A DNA stretch of 61,802 nt, counting the filler. It is 3 parts of 3 records of this genome, joined end to end, with 100 filler letters (N's around TTAATTAATTAA, not from the genome) between each part and the next. Parts side by side here need not be neighbours in the genome. Positions count along the whole stretch, not along the records: positions 25,951 to 47,984 come from SRR20825006_1348; 2 more parts are not named here. The stretch is one strand, 5' to 3'. The translations under genes were made by a program, and so were the position numbers. The notes under the pieces are model-generated. The model saw only the letters and a program-made list of their open reading frames with translations. It was not told where the DNA came from and did no database searches. Below are positions 38,353 through 48,084 of the stretch, piece after piece (position 1 is the first letter of the stretch; every line of letters begins with the position of its first letter).

Positions 38353-38976
38353 ATGGCGAAACTCAACGAAACTCAGGTCCGATTCTTGAAGGCGCATAAG
38401 ATTGATCCTTCTCTTCTTTACAATGCGAGCGGTCAATCATCCTCCGAGTGGAAGGACGTGATGAAGAAGATTGGAAAGAAGTTCGCATTCGGAACCTCAC
38501 CGTGTAGCGCGGAAGGGCACACTCTTCGTAGTCGTCACGGGCACTGCATACAATGTGATCCTTCCCGGATTGCCTACGCGCTTCGGTTCTCGAAACCTGG
38601 ACATGTCTACATACTCGGATCCCCAACTAATAAGCTTATCAAGATTGGTGTCACTACGGAACTTGCTTCTCGCCTCGCAAATGTAGTTTCGATGCAGTAT
38701 GGCAATGCGTCCGACTGGCAGCCGCTCGCCGTGACAGAAAAGATAAACGGCGCAGGAAAAATCGAGGCGGCCACTCACAGTCTAATGGAAGCGCATCGCG
38801 TCACCGGACAATCTCGCCGGGCAGGCGAGACGCACGTCACGTACGAGCTCTATTCATGCGACTATCGCTGCGCGAGGAGCGCATTGGACACGTCAGTGCC
38901 TAAAGGAACAAGAATTTTCACAAAGGCAGCGCCTCATGTGCTGCGCGCTTTCACCAACTTGGACGAGGCGGCCTAA
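38353..38976 (+). CDS. GIY-YIG / T5orf172-like nuclease-domain protein
   Basis: GHVYIL..LIKIGVT..L..RL, E..H, ELY motifs; N-terminal C..GH..HCIQC metal-binding-like cluster. Confidence 0.7.
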   Translation: MAKLNETQVRFLKAHKIDPSLLYNASGQSSSEWKDVMKKIGKKFAFGTSPCSAEGHTLRSRHGHCIQCDPSRIAYALRFSKPGHVYILGSPTNKLIKIGVTTELASRLANVVSMQYGNASDWQPLAVTEKINGAGKIEAATHSLMEAHRVTGQSRRAGETHVTYELYSCDYRCARSALDTSVPKGTRIFTKAAPHVLRAFTNLDEAA

Positions 38977-38987
38977 CAGCCGTCGGA

Positions 38988-41645
38988 CTATGTTGCCGAT
39001 ATCGCACGCCTGATCTCGTCAAAGTCGCCTGCCGTCGGCATTGCGAAAAGGCATTGCCCGGCGCTGGCTTCAGCCCAAAGGTTGCCTATCATGCGCTTTT
39101 CGTTGGTGGCCGGATCGCTAGCCAGGTGCGCGCCCTTGTATTCCACTGCAAGAATGCGCCCATCGATGAGCATGGCCATGAAGTCGGGATAAAATCGGCC
39201 TTTGGCCAGCTGTAACCAGAAGGCGTTCGGCTTCCGGTCAACATTGCGGATCCAATACCGCACGTCCTTGCATTCATCGAGATACACGGCGCATTTGAAC
39301 TCTTCGCCTTCCGGCTTCAGGTCGCCAATTATCGGCGTATAATGCTTGTTGAATTTGCGGGCACCCCGATAGGGCTCATTGTAGCAATAACTCGGCTCAT
39401 CGAAGACAATGCCGATGTCGCTATTCGTTTCAAAGACGTCGGCATCTGTAGCGAAGAGCGCCGCATATTGCCCATCCTGACGTTCCCGGCGCAGCGTATC
39501 GATCACTTCGGCAAGAAGTCTCTTGGCCTCATACTTGTGTCGAGCCAGCTCATCAAGGGTGACACTTTTTTTCTTTATCACACCCTCCAGCGCAGCCTGA
39601 ATGAAGAGACGCGCGGCGGGCTTGGTCACGTCCGGATGAGGTATCTGGCGGTCAATCCAGTTCACCAGACGCGGCAACGTCCAAGCCGGCTCGTGGATAG
39701 CCAGCGAAAGCTGCCGATGGAGTTGTTGAGAATACTTGATTGCGAGCTGTCCGGCGTCCGTCACATCGATTTCACCTGCCTTGCTGGGGTCGCGAATTGC
39801 AAAGCGCTCAATAAATGGCGTCGGATCGCACTCGGCAAGGTTCCAAGGCAGGTCAAGGAAATGATCGGGACTGAAGAGTTCTAGCTGCCCGTCTCGGCGA
39901 AGGCCAAGGCGCGGGACGATAAACGGCAAGCGCGCGCCCTCCGGCGCTTCGCTGGCCTGAATCCGGTTTGACTTGATAAACAGCTTGTCGATGGCCTGAA
40001 CTGCTCCGGGAATCCTGTCCATGGCCAGGTGCATCAGGTTACGCTGATCGCGGGATAGCTGACCTTTGACGACGAGCATGCGCTTCTCCGGATCGAACTT
40101 TACCCGCGTGCGGATGGAAGGAGGCAGGCTTTCAATCGCCTCACTCATCACTTCAGTCGTCGTCTGCGGCGCTTTCGGCAGCGCGTCGGATTCGTGCTCA
40201 TAGTCTGCCCTGTCTTCGTCAAACTGAAGCTGACCGTGCGGCTTAACCAGTTCCTGCGCTTCCAGCCTGTCGAAGCCCGATCCTTCAATTAGACCATCCT
40301 TCAGCGCATCGGCGGATTTCTGGAAGTCAGAGGAGGCAACGAAGGCATAGGCGCGGTTCAGCACATCGCGCGTCTTCCGGCGGGCACTCGGCATCCGCAT
40401 GACGCGGCCCAGCAATTGCTCAACAGCCGTGGAAGACGAGAGTTCAGCGACAGAACATAGCACATACGCAAAGGGACAATCCCAGCCTTCGCGAAGTTTC
40501 TGAACGGTGATCACACAGCGGATAGGACAATCCGGCGAGGAAATGTCATCCACCTTATCCAAGTCATTGTGTCCCGTGGCGTGTACAGCTATCTGCTCAG
40601 GGGGAATGCGCTTATCTTCTGTCAGAAACTCCGCCACCTTGTCTGGTGTCAGGCGGCTTGGGTCCTTCTTGGAGGCAGATTGCGCGCCAAAGAGGATGAT
40701 CGGCCGGATATATTCGCCCGTGTCCGTTTCTTCAGCCTTCGCCGCCACTTCTAGCGCCATCTGACAATCGAGCGCATGACCGATAACGCGCTGCCAGTCA
40801 TTATCCGTCTGCAGGCGGATCGGCAGCTTAATCATCTCCTCCGCTTTCAGCTCGGCGGCCGATACGTGGTAGAGAATGTTGGAAGGAGGATTTTGTCCGT
40901 CCTTGTCCGCCTCGGTCTTGGGCGTAGCAGTCAACTCCAAAATCAGTGACGGATCGAAGCGTTGCAGCGTATCGAAGGAAAGCGCCGTTCGCGCATTATG
41001 CGCTTCGTCAACGATCACCATGGGCCGGTGCAGGCGCAGCACGTTTGCGAGGGAGGCGACGGGGCGCGCCGTACCTTCCAGCGTCTCCAGCCGCGTCACC
41101 TGTTCCGGTGTCAGACCGCTGAAATGATCCATCAGTGCGCCCGCGTCTTCATAGACTTTGCGGTCGTCCTTATCATCGACACGAAAGGCCTGCAGGGTCG
41201 CCACAATGATACAGGCCCCTCCGGTCGCATCAGGCCTGGAAAGAGAAAGCGCCTCGCTAACGGTCAGCACCGAAAGATTGCGGCCAAAGTCTGCAGCCAA
41301 TGCTAGACGGTAGGGGTGGTTCAGATTCTTGAGCGCGGCCAGCGTTTGATCAAGGATCGCATTGGAGGGCACCAGCCACAACACCATCGGATTATCGGCC
41401 TGCAGGAACTCCCGCCCGGCAATCCCGATGGAATGCGCGGCCACAAGGGTCTTGCCACCCCCGGTGGGAATACGGATGCAGACATAGGGCGTTGCGGGGT
41501 CCATAAAGGGCGCGGCCGCATAGGGGCGCTTTGTGGCGTTGTAGAAGGCTGTGTCCGCGCCGAATGTCGGCACGTTGCGGAGATAGGCGGCAAGCTTATC
41601 CAACGCTTCCTTTTGATAGGCCCGAAGCTGGAAACCGATACTCAT
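38988..41645 (-). CDS. res: Type III restriction enzyme Res subunit (SF2 helicase plus PD-(D/E)xK nuclease)
   Basis: IPTGGGKT, IVDEAH, LREGWDCP, EQLLGRVMR, FYPDF..VEYKG; ATGA overlap with mod. Confidence 0.9.
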   Translation of the reverse strand: MSIGFQLRAYQKEALDKLAAYLRNVPTFGADTAFYNATKRPYAAAPFMDPATPYVCIRIPTGGGKTLVAAHSIGIAGREFLQADNPMVLWLVPSNAILDQTLAALKNLNHPYRLALAADFGRNLSVLTVSEALSLSRPDATGGACIIVATLQAFRVDDKDDRKVYEDAGALMDHFSGLTPEQVTRLETLEGTARPVASLANVLRLHRPMVIVDEAHNARTALSFDTLQRFDPSLILELTATPKTEADKDGQNPPSNILYHVSAAELKAEEMIKLPIRLQTDNDWQRVIGHALDCQMALEVAAKAEETDTGEYIRPIILFGAQSASKKDPSRLTPDKVAEFLTEDKRIPPEQIAVHATGHNDLDKVDDISSPDCPIRCVITVQKLREGWDCPFAYVLCSVAELSSSTAVEQLLGRVMRMPSARRKTRDVLNRAYAFVASSDFQKSADALKDGLIEGSGFDRLEAQELVKPHGQLQFDEDRADYEHESDALPKAPQTTTEVMSEAIESLPPSIRTRVKFDPEKRMLVVKGQLSRDQRNLMHLAMDRIPGAVQAIDKLFIKSNRIQASEAPEGARLPFIVPRLGLRRDGQLELFSPDHFLDLPWNLAECDPTPFIERFAIRDPSKAGEIDVTDAGQLAIKYSQQLHRQLSLAIHEPAWTLPRLVNWIDRQIPHPDVTKPAARLFIQAALEGVIKKKSVTLDELARHKYEAKRLLAEVIDTLRRERQDGQYAALFATDADVFETNSDIGIVFDEPSYCYNEPYRGARKFNKHYTPIIGDLKPEGEEFKCAVYLDECKDVRYWIRNVDRKPNAFWLQLAKGRFYPDFMAMLIDGRILAVEYKGAHLASDPATNEKRMIGNLWAEASAGQCLFAMPTAGDFDEIRRAISAT

Positions 41646-43420
41646 CGATTTGTCCCCTCCACTTGATAGGGGATCTGTTTGAATACGGCTCCCGCCGCCT
41701 TCAGCCGCGCTGACGAAACTGTGCAACCCTCGGCATAGATCACCCGCACGCCCTCGAAGCTTTCTGGCGGTTTCGGTAGCTTGGCGAGTCGTTCCGGTGT
41801 CAGCACGTTGCCCGCCGCTGCGCGCGGCGCGCCCGCGTTCGCTTCATCAAAAAGCAAGTAGATTGCCTTTCCCCCATGTGTTCCCAGGAGTTCAGATTTA
41901 GCCTTGGCGGGAATAGGTGCGCCTGTCTCAGAGAAAAAGATGTGCGCAGAAAGATCCGAGAATGTTACGTCGATGGAAATGTCGCCGAACTCATCGAAGA
42001 GCGGCACACCCAACCTGCAGAATCGATAGCCGCCTGTTAAGGAATCAACTTCTCGCACACGACCGTTTGACTCCGTGTACGTGTATCCACTGATTAGCCT
42101 ATTTAAACGATGTGCTGTCACTTCTTGCGCAATTCGCGGGTCCATCTCTGTCAAAATAAACCTTCTATTCCCTCCCTCTTCTTTATTGAGCGCAAGTACA
42201 GCTTCTGCGGTGGTCCCGGATCCGGCGAAGGAATCCAGAACTAAAGCATCGTCATCAGCAGCACCGATTTGAAGCAAGTATTTGATTAGATCAACTGGCT
42301 TGGGATAATCAAAATCAACTCCCATCTTGCGAAGATAGGTTCGTGTTTTCTCAGTTGTTCCCAAGTTCCTGAGAACTGACAGAATATTGCGAGCTTCGGC
42401 TCGTTCTTTCCTGTATCTGATGCATCCATTTCGATTCAGGTAGAATCGAATTTCACCTTCTCCGTCCTTTATCGGAACACAACCACCTGCGATAAACTCA
42501 TCAAGTTTTCTTCTATTCGCCCACCCCGAATAAAGTCGGCACTCTTTCGTCAAAGCTCCGTTGGAAATGGTCATTACATCGAGTCGGACTGGTATCTGAG
42601 ATATGTCGTACTTGCGTTGCACATCGCGCGTAATTTCTCTGTCGAAAGACGTCCGCTCAAAGAACTCTTCATCAACCTCTTCTCTCGCCAACTCAAGATC
42701 AGGCACTGACGCGGGGAATCCAATTGGCAATTTTACTATAGAGGGTGGGTTTCTGACCCCATTTTTGGTGATGTTGTTATCCGCAAATCCGGCGCGCAGA
42801 TTGCTGTCTTCTGGCGTATTTGGATCGATCACGTGCCCAACAGCATAGTCACGAAACCTGTAGTCGCTGTAGTAGGTTAGAATGTACTCGTGGTTTACTT
42901 TGATTTGTAATTGGTTGTCCGTATTTCCCTCGGTGTTCCAAATCAAAGTGGCCGCATAGTTTTTGGGGCCGAAGATCCCATCACAAATGCACTTCAGATT
43001 ATGCAGTTCGTTTTCATCGCACGAGATGAAGATAATTCCATCGTGCCGCATAAAGTCCTTTAGAGTCCTCAAACGCGGATACATCATGCAAAGCCATTTA
43101 TCGTGGCGTGACAGGTCTTCCGCTTCCTTGCCGACAACATTGCCCAGCCAAGCCTTGATCTCTGGTGAGTTTACATTGTCATTGTAAACCCAGCCTTCAT
43201 TGCCTGTGTTGTAGGGCGGGTCGATATAAATACATTTCACCTTGCCTGCATAGTAGGGCAAGAGAGCCCGCAGGGCCTCCAGATTGTCGCCTTGAACCAC
43301 AAGGTTCCCGGCTTCAACATCCCCGGCCGAAAGCTCGCTGTCGCAATGCACAAGTCGGTAAGGCACCTCGCGGTGATGATTCACTACCGCCTGTTTCCCG
43401 ATCCAGTCGAGTGTCGGCAT
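41642..43420 (-). CDS. mod: Type III R-M DNA methyltransferase (Mod)
   Basis: QGDNLEAL, IYIDPPYNTG, YPKP, LDSFAGSGTT (beta-class order); start MPTLDWIGK. Confidence 0.92.
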   Translation of the reverse strand: MPTLDWIGKQAVVNHHREVPYRLVHCDSELSAGDVEAGNLVVQGDNLEALRALLPYYAGKVKCIYIDPPYNTGNEGWVYNDNVNSPEIKAWLGNVVGKEAEDLSRHDKWLCMMYPRLRTLKDFMRHDGIIFISCDENELHNLKCICDGIFGPKNYAATLIWNTEGNTDNQLQIKVNHEYILTYYSDYRFRDYAVGHVIDPNTPEDSNLRAGFADNNITKNGVRNPPSIVKLPIGFPASVPDLELAREEVDEEFFERTSFDREITRDVQRKYDISQIPVRLDVMTISNGALTKECRLYSGWANRRKLDEFIAGGCVPIKDGEGEIRFYLNRNGCIRYRKERAEARNILSVLRNLGTTEKTRTYLRKMGVDFDYPKPVDLIKYLLQIGAADDDALVLDSFAGSGTTAEAVLALNKEEGGNRRFILTEMDPRIAQEVTAHRLNRLISGYTYTESNGRVREVDSLTGGYRFCRLGVPLFDEFGDISIDVTFSDLSAHIFFSETGAPIPAKAKSELLGTHGGKAIYLLFDEANAGAPRAAAGNVLTPERLAKLPKPPESFEGVRVIYAEGCTVSSARLKAAGAVFKQIPYQVEGTNR

Positions 43421-43507
43421 AACCGCCCCTTTTTGATTCGATGTTTCGCTTTTGTAGTGCCGCAAAGGGTAGCAGGTCGCAACGTCTCCTGATTCCAAAT
43501 TCACTGA

Positions 43508-44629
43508 CTAGGATTTGTAGCGACGCACCTGTTCCTCCATCCAGGCGACCATCTCAGGCGGCAAACTTCCGGTTTCTTCGTCAGGGACAAATCGTTCTTC
43601 GCTTCGTACGTTCGCCAATCGCTCCATGATCTCCGATGTTCGCCAGTCTGAGACCTTGCCGTAGCTGTTGAGGCTGGTGGCGAGGTCTTCATGGCCCAAA
43701 TTCTGGCTCCAGGCTTTCAGGGCTTCCGGGTCCAGTTGTTTGCGGAAGGCGAGTTGCATCAGCGTTTTGCGGACGCTGTGCGGGTTGGCATAGGGCAAGC
43801 CTGCTGCTTCGAAGCGCTCGCGGAAGATGCGCCGGATTCCGGCCGCATCGCTCCAATAGTCTCGCGTCAGCCCGATGGGCGCGAATACCCCCTCTTCATT
43901 CAGCCCGGTCCTGGTTTTCGGAAAGAGTGGGTCCGTGTCTGCGAACAACAGCTCAGCGCGAAGGAAACGCACCCATTCCGCGACTATCTCTTCCGCGTCG
44001 CCGCCGACCGGGAAGAAATAGGTGGTCATCGTTTTGGCGTTCTTGGTCTTCACTTCGCGCGCATCCTGAAAAACCTCACGGCGCTCGGGGCTCACCTTGC
44101 CCAATGGCAGGGACGCAATCGCCGCGTCGCGCATGCCGGTCAAGAAGGTGAAGGCAATCACAGCGCGGTCGCGTTTCTGAATCGCGGTTTCATGCGGCGC
44201 GGTAGCGATGACATGATGGATCTGATCCACGCTCGGCACATTCTGTTTACGCTCGGCGGTGGCAATCCTCCGGTCATTGGCGGTCACATTGAAATACTCG
44301 CAATCTGAGTGACTGATACGGCTCTTGTAGCCTTGCTGATCTGCCAGCCATTTGAAGAATGACTTCACCGCCATGAGCCGCGAACGGATTGTGGACTTGG
44401 CGAGTGGCTGACCGGTGCGGGCGTTGACCGCCGCCTTTAGGTCTCGCTGAAACTTCTGTGGCTGTTCAATGTGAAATGCGGCGAAGTCCTTGCCATTCGT
44501 CGATTTCTCGAAAGCGGAAATGGCGGCGGCAACTTGATCGGCTGTGGCGGGTGTCATGCCTTTGGCGGTCTCGAGCCATTGCAGGTATTTGCGCTTTATA
44601 CGGGCGTTCTTCGCTTGTGCCTTTTTCAT
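43508..44629 (-). CDS. Tyrosine recombinase (second recombinase of the island)
   Basis: TGMRD, KTK, HSVRK, LGH, SYG: full catalytic set. Confidence 0.88.
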   Translation of the reverse strand: MKKAQAKNARIKRKYLQWLETAKGMTPATADQVAAAISAFEKSTNGKDFAAFHIEQPQKFQRDLKAAVNARTGQPLAKSTIRSRLMAVKSFFKWLADQQGYKSRISHSDCEYFNVTANDRRIATAERKQNVPSVDQIHHVIATAPHETAIQKRDRAVIAFTFLTGMRDAAIASLPLGKVSPERREVFQDAREVKTKNAKTMTTYFFPVGGDAEEIVAEWVRFLRAELLFADTDPLFPKTRTGLNEEGVFAPIGLTRDYWSDAAGIRRIFRERFEAAGLPYANPHSVRKTLMQLAFRKQLDPEALKAWSQNLGHEDLATSLNSYGKVSDWRTSEIMERLANVRSEERFVPDEETGSLPPEMVAWMEEQVRRYKS

Positions 44630-44632
44630 CTT

Positions 44633-45109
44633 TCAAACCTCCGTCTTGCAGTGATCACTCACGCAGGGCTGAGTGGTCTCACTTAAGTGTTTGAAGCGGT
44701 GCGCCCCCGACAGGGTGACAAGGGCGGAAAGGCGCGAAACTTGTTGCCAGCTGACGCGCTTGTACATGACCGCCGTGCACGTCTCGCACAGCATGCGCAC
44801 CATCGCTGTTTTGCCTTTTGTCCTGATCAACTCAGCTTCGGAAAATGCGGCACATTTTGGCGCGCGACATTTCATGCAGTAGCACTCACCGAGACGGAGC
44901 TTCTGCTTCCGGGAGCGCCGGTTCCGAAGGTAGGCTGATAGCTCGTGACCGAGTACCAACATGGGCTTGCAGTTATCGATCACTGGCAGTTCGCCCGAGG
45001 CGATCCATCGCCGTACGGTCACCTTTGCCACACCCAACGCGCGCGCTGCCTCGTCTACCGAATAACTGCGATGAATACGGATTGCGCGCCAGTTCAGCCT
45101 ACGCGCCAT
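44633..45109 (-). CDS. Excisionase-like HTH protein with a C-terminal Cys cluster
   Basis: YSVDEAARALGV..TVRRWI..G HTH; CYCMKC..C and CETC. Confidence 0.78.
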   Translation of the reverse strand: MARRLNWRAIRIHRSYSVDEAARALGVAKVTVRRWIASGELPVIDNCKPMLVLGHELSAYLRNRRSRKQKLRLGECYCMKCRAPKCAAFSEAELIRTKGKTAMVRMLCETCTAVMYKRVSWQQVSRLSALVTLSGAHRFKHLSETTQPCVSDHCKTEV

Positions 45110-45302
45110 TTTCGATCAGCTCGCGTATGTCTTCCACACGCCAGACCGTGACACGCGCGCCCAGCTTGAGCGGTTTGGGAAACCGCCCATCTTTGACGCC
45201 TGCCCACCAGGTCGATTTGCTAACAGGTATTGGACCGGCTGGGGCCAGAATATCCTTCAGGCGTAAGAAGCCCGTCTTGGGTAGTTCAGTGAAGTCTCGC
45301 AT
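45099..45302 (-). CDS. alpA: AlpA-family regulator / recombination directionality factor
   Basis: FLRLKDIL..IPVSKSTWWAGVKDGRFPKPLKLGARVTVW. Confidence 0.88.
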   Translation of the reverse strand: MRDFTELPKTGFLRLKDILAPAGPIPVSKSTWWAGVKDGRFPKPLKLGARVTVWRVEDIRELIENGA

Positions 45303-45401
45303 CGAATCTCTCCGTTTGTTTCGATGCGAGGAAGCTTGCACAGGTCCGGTATATGCTGGGGGAACAGGCGCTAATACCTGCCTATAGCGTGGGAAATAAG
45401 C

Positions 45402-46418
45402 CTATTTCCCTAGCTCCTTCTCGGCTGTCTCCACTGAGTTTATAAGGTGTCCGCGCACAGTCTTTCTCGACATTTGCAATCCTGCCAGCTCAAGATCATT
45501 CAGGATCTTGGTGACGGCTGGCCATTCCTCCTGTGTCACGTCGAGATGGTATTTCTTCAGGGCTATCGCATAGACAATCTTGTGCAGGCTTTTCAGCACG
45601 CGTGGATCGGGACTGTCGCTTTCTTCACTCGAAGTTTCATCAAGACTGGATACCCTCAAAGCAAGTTCAGCCTGCCTGAGTTGATCCTGCAATTCCGCTA
45701 TCAGCCCGCCAGAAGCTGTTTGCAGACTCTCGTACGAAACTGCCCATTTTCGGTTCTCTTTATGCAGCGCGTCGATTTCTTCCCGCAACTGTTCCACTTG
45801 GCCTGTCAGAGTTTCGCTTTGCGCTTTCCAATCGATGATCTCATTTCCGAAAGCTTCAAGCGCCTGTATGAGTCCCGGCGGAAAGTCCAAATGTAATTGG
45901 TTGAGCCAAACCAGATACTCTGCGGGTATGGCTACTTCAGCCAGTTGGCCAATTGAAATCCAGTTCCAGGCAATTTCCAGGCGGCCTATGTATTCCTTTC
46001 CCAAATCCGAACGTAACGCTTCACTGCCTGCGGATTTCAAAGCCTCTAATGACAGCACATCCGGCGAACGCCCCATAGACAACGCGATACACTGCTCAAT
46101 TGTCCAGGTCAGGTTTCGAGCCCATCGCCCATAGTCTGCAAACGCGGCAGGCGCATTAAAGAACAGCCCTGCGTCAATCTCTTCTCGGTGCCGTTTCCGG
46201 TCAGCAATTCGAAACTCTATTCGCTCGGAAAATCGTTGTTCCAGTATGTCGTCCGTCAGCTGTTCCAGCTGATTACGAAACTCCAGAATGTGATCACCCT
46301 CACTTTCCCAATGTATCGAGAAAGCACCATTCAACAGATCTTCGGACGAATAGTAGGAAAACCGGTCCAGCGTCAGCCAGTTGATCTTGGCGTGACGGCT
46401 AAAATAGTAGTGCTGCAT
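45402..46418 (-). CDS. Hypothetical island protein (coiled coil, C-terminal HTH-like segment)
   Basis: Long ORF between int and alpA; WTIEQCIALSMGRSP motif; start uncertain. Confidence 0.65.
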   Translation of the reverse strand: MQHYYFSRHAKINWLTLDRFSYYSSEDLLNGAFSIHWESEGDHILEFRNQLEQLTDDILEQRFSERIEFRIADRKRHREEIDAGLFFNAPAAFADYGRWARNLTWTIEQCIALSMGRSPDVLSLEALKSAGSEALRSDLGKEYIGRLEIAWNWISIGQLAEVAIPAEYLVWLNQLHLDFPPGLIQALEAFGNEIIDWKAQSETLTGQVEQLREEIDALHKENRKWAVSYESLQTASGGLIAELQDQLRQAELALRVSSLDETSSEESDSPDPRVLKSLHKIVYAIALKKYHLDVTQEEWPAVTKILNDLELAGLQMSRKTVRGHLINSVETAEKELGK

Positions 46419-46504
46419 ATGTGTCTCGTAACGCTCCCGCCGCCATTCCAGCCCAACCGTACGATACGAGTTTTTGTAATGCGAGAGGGTACGAAGAAAA
46501 CCTG

Positions 46505-47701
46505 TTAGTGGGCTCCAGCCACCATTCCAGCGATCTCGTCCGCCCACCAGTTCGCCATCTTCACCCGTTCGTCCCAATAGAGCGCGCGATGATAGGCACG
46601 CCTGACCTGATCGGCTCCAACATGCGCCAACTCGGCTTCGATGGCATCCTTGTCCCAAAGTCCGCATTCATTCAGCAGAGTAGACGCGCTGGCGCGGAAG
46701 CCGTGAGACGTATGTTGATCCTTCTCAAATCCCATTCTCCGCAAAGCCTGATTGAGGGTGTTTTCACTGATTGGCTTGTCGCGGGCGATGGAAGACGGAA
46801 AGACGCGATAGTTACTTCCGGTTTCGCGCCGAAGATCCTGCAATATCTGGATAGCCATTGGCGCGAGGGGTTTGACGTGTTCACGGCGCATCTTCGTGCG
46901 GCTGGCTGGAATGGTCCAAATTGCCGCTTCTAGATCGAACTCTTCCCAAAGCGCCAGACGCAATTCACCGGGCCGGGTATACAGCAAGGCCATCAGCTTC
47001 AGCGCCGCGCGGGTAGAGGGTGCCCCGCCCTCATATTCCCAGACCGCCTGCACCACTTCTGCAAACTCGTCTCGGGTTGTCGCCGCCGCCATGTGTGTAA
47101 CCTTCGGCGCGATCAGCGCGCCACGTAGCGCGTAAGTTGGATCATTCTCAGCACGGGCGGTGGAAACCGCGTATCGGCAAACCTGGCCAATGGTGGAGCG
47201 CAACCTTTTAGCGCTCTCGTAATTGCCCAGCGCCTCTACCTTGCGAAGTGTCGCAAGCACGGTCGCAGGTGTTAGCTGTGTGACTGGAAGGTCGCCAAAA
47301 TCAGCAATCGCCTTGTCCAGGAGCCACTGCTTCTTCTTGAGGGTGGTATCGGCCTTCCCTTCCTTTCGCAGCTTTTCCATCAATTCGGCGGCAATGTTTG
47401 CGAAAGTGTGTTCGTTCAGCGCAGCGGCTTCTTCTTTCCTAGCCTTGGCGGTCTCGGCTGGGTCCAGCCCGTCAGCCAGCAACGTCTTTGCATCGTTTCG
47501 CCGTTCTCGGGCCCGCGCCAGACTCGTATCTGGATAGGCCCCGAACGCCAGCACCTTTTCCTTGCCATCGTACCGATATTTGAGCCGCCAAAGCCTGGAT
47601 CCATTCGGCGTCACAAGCACATACAGGCCGCCACTATCCGATACCTTGTATTGTTTGGCTCTCGGTTTGAGTTGGCGAAGCTGTATATCTGTCAGGGGCA
47701 T
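46505..47701 (-). CDS. P4-like integrase with N-terminal arm-binding domain
   Basis: DSGGLYVLVTPNGSRLWRLKYR..GAYP, TRPGELR, KMRREH, HGFRASAST, LAH, RAYHR. Confidence 0.95.
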   Translation of the reverse strand: MPLTDIQLRQLKPRAKQYKVSDSGGLYVLVTPNGSRLWRLKYRYDGKEKVLAFGAYPDTSLARARERRNDAKTLLADGLDPAETAKARKEEAAALNEHTFANIAAELMEKLRKEGKADTTLKKKQWLLDKAIADFGDLPVTQLTPATVLATLRKVEALGNYESAKRLRSTIGQVCRYAVSTARAENDPTYALRGALIAPKVTHMAAATTRDEFAEVVQAVWEYEGGAPSTRAALKLMALLYTRPGELRLALWEEFDLEAAIWTIPASRTKMRREHVKPLAPMAIQILQDLRRETGSNYRVFPSSIARDKPISENTLNQALRRMGFEKDQHTSHGFRASASTLLNECGLWDKDAIEAELAHVGADQVRRAYHRALYWDERVKMANWWADEIAGMVAGAH

Positions 47702-47894
47702 GGCAATTTTGGGGGTATCGATCAGGCAGGATTTGGGGTTGAAACGCCACCATACCCCCTAATCTACCCCCAATAAAGCCGGATGCGAACGCATACCCCC
47801 GCACCGCATCGGACAATAAAATCGCCAATTACGGTAAAATATCTATATTTTTCAAGGATTTTTGGAGTTTTTCGGATTGTCTCGGAGAAGCCAC

Positions 47895-47981
47895 TGGTGC
47901 CCAGAAGAGGACTCGAACCTCCACTCCCTTGCGAGAACTACGACCTGAACGTAGCGCGTCTACCAATTCCGCCATCTGGGC
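47895..47981 (-). tRNA. tRNA-Leu(CAG)
   Basis: Reverse complement GCCCAGATGGCGGAATTGGTAGACGCGCTACGTTCAGGTCGTAGTTCTCGCAAGGGAGTGGAGGTTCGAGTCCTCTTCTGGGCACCA: long variable arm, CAG anticodon, encoded CCA. Confidence 0.97.
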
Positions 47982-47984
47982 ACG

Positions 47985-48084
47985 NNNNNNNNNNNNNNNN
48001 NNNNNNNNNNNNNNNNNNNNNNNNNNNNTTAATTAATTAANNNNNNNNNNNNNNNNNNNNNNNNNNNNNNNNNNNNNNNNNNNN
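47985..48084. other. Artificial contig linker
   Basis: 44 N + TTAATTAATTAA + 44 N. Confidence 0.98.

Larger units (their letters stand above)
38145..47910. mobile_element. ~9.7-kb integrative island at tRNA-Leu(CAG)
   Basis: Bounded by att repeats; P4-type integrase next to the tRNA; TACCCCC arm-type repeats at both ends; AlpA, second recombinase and R-M cargo. Confidence 0.88.
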
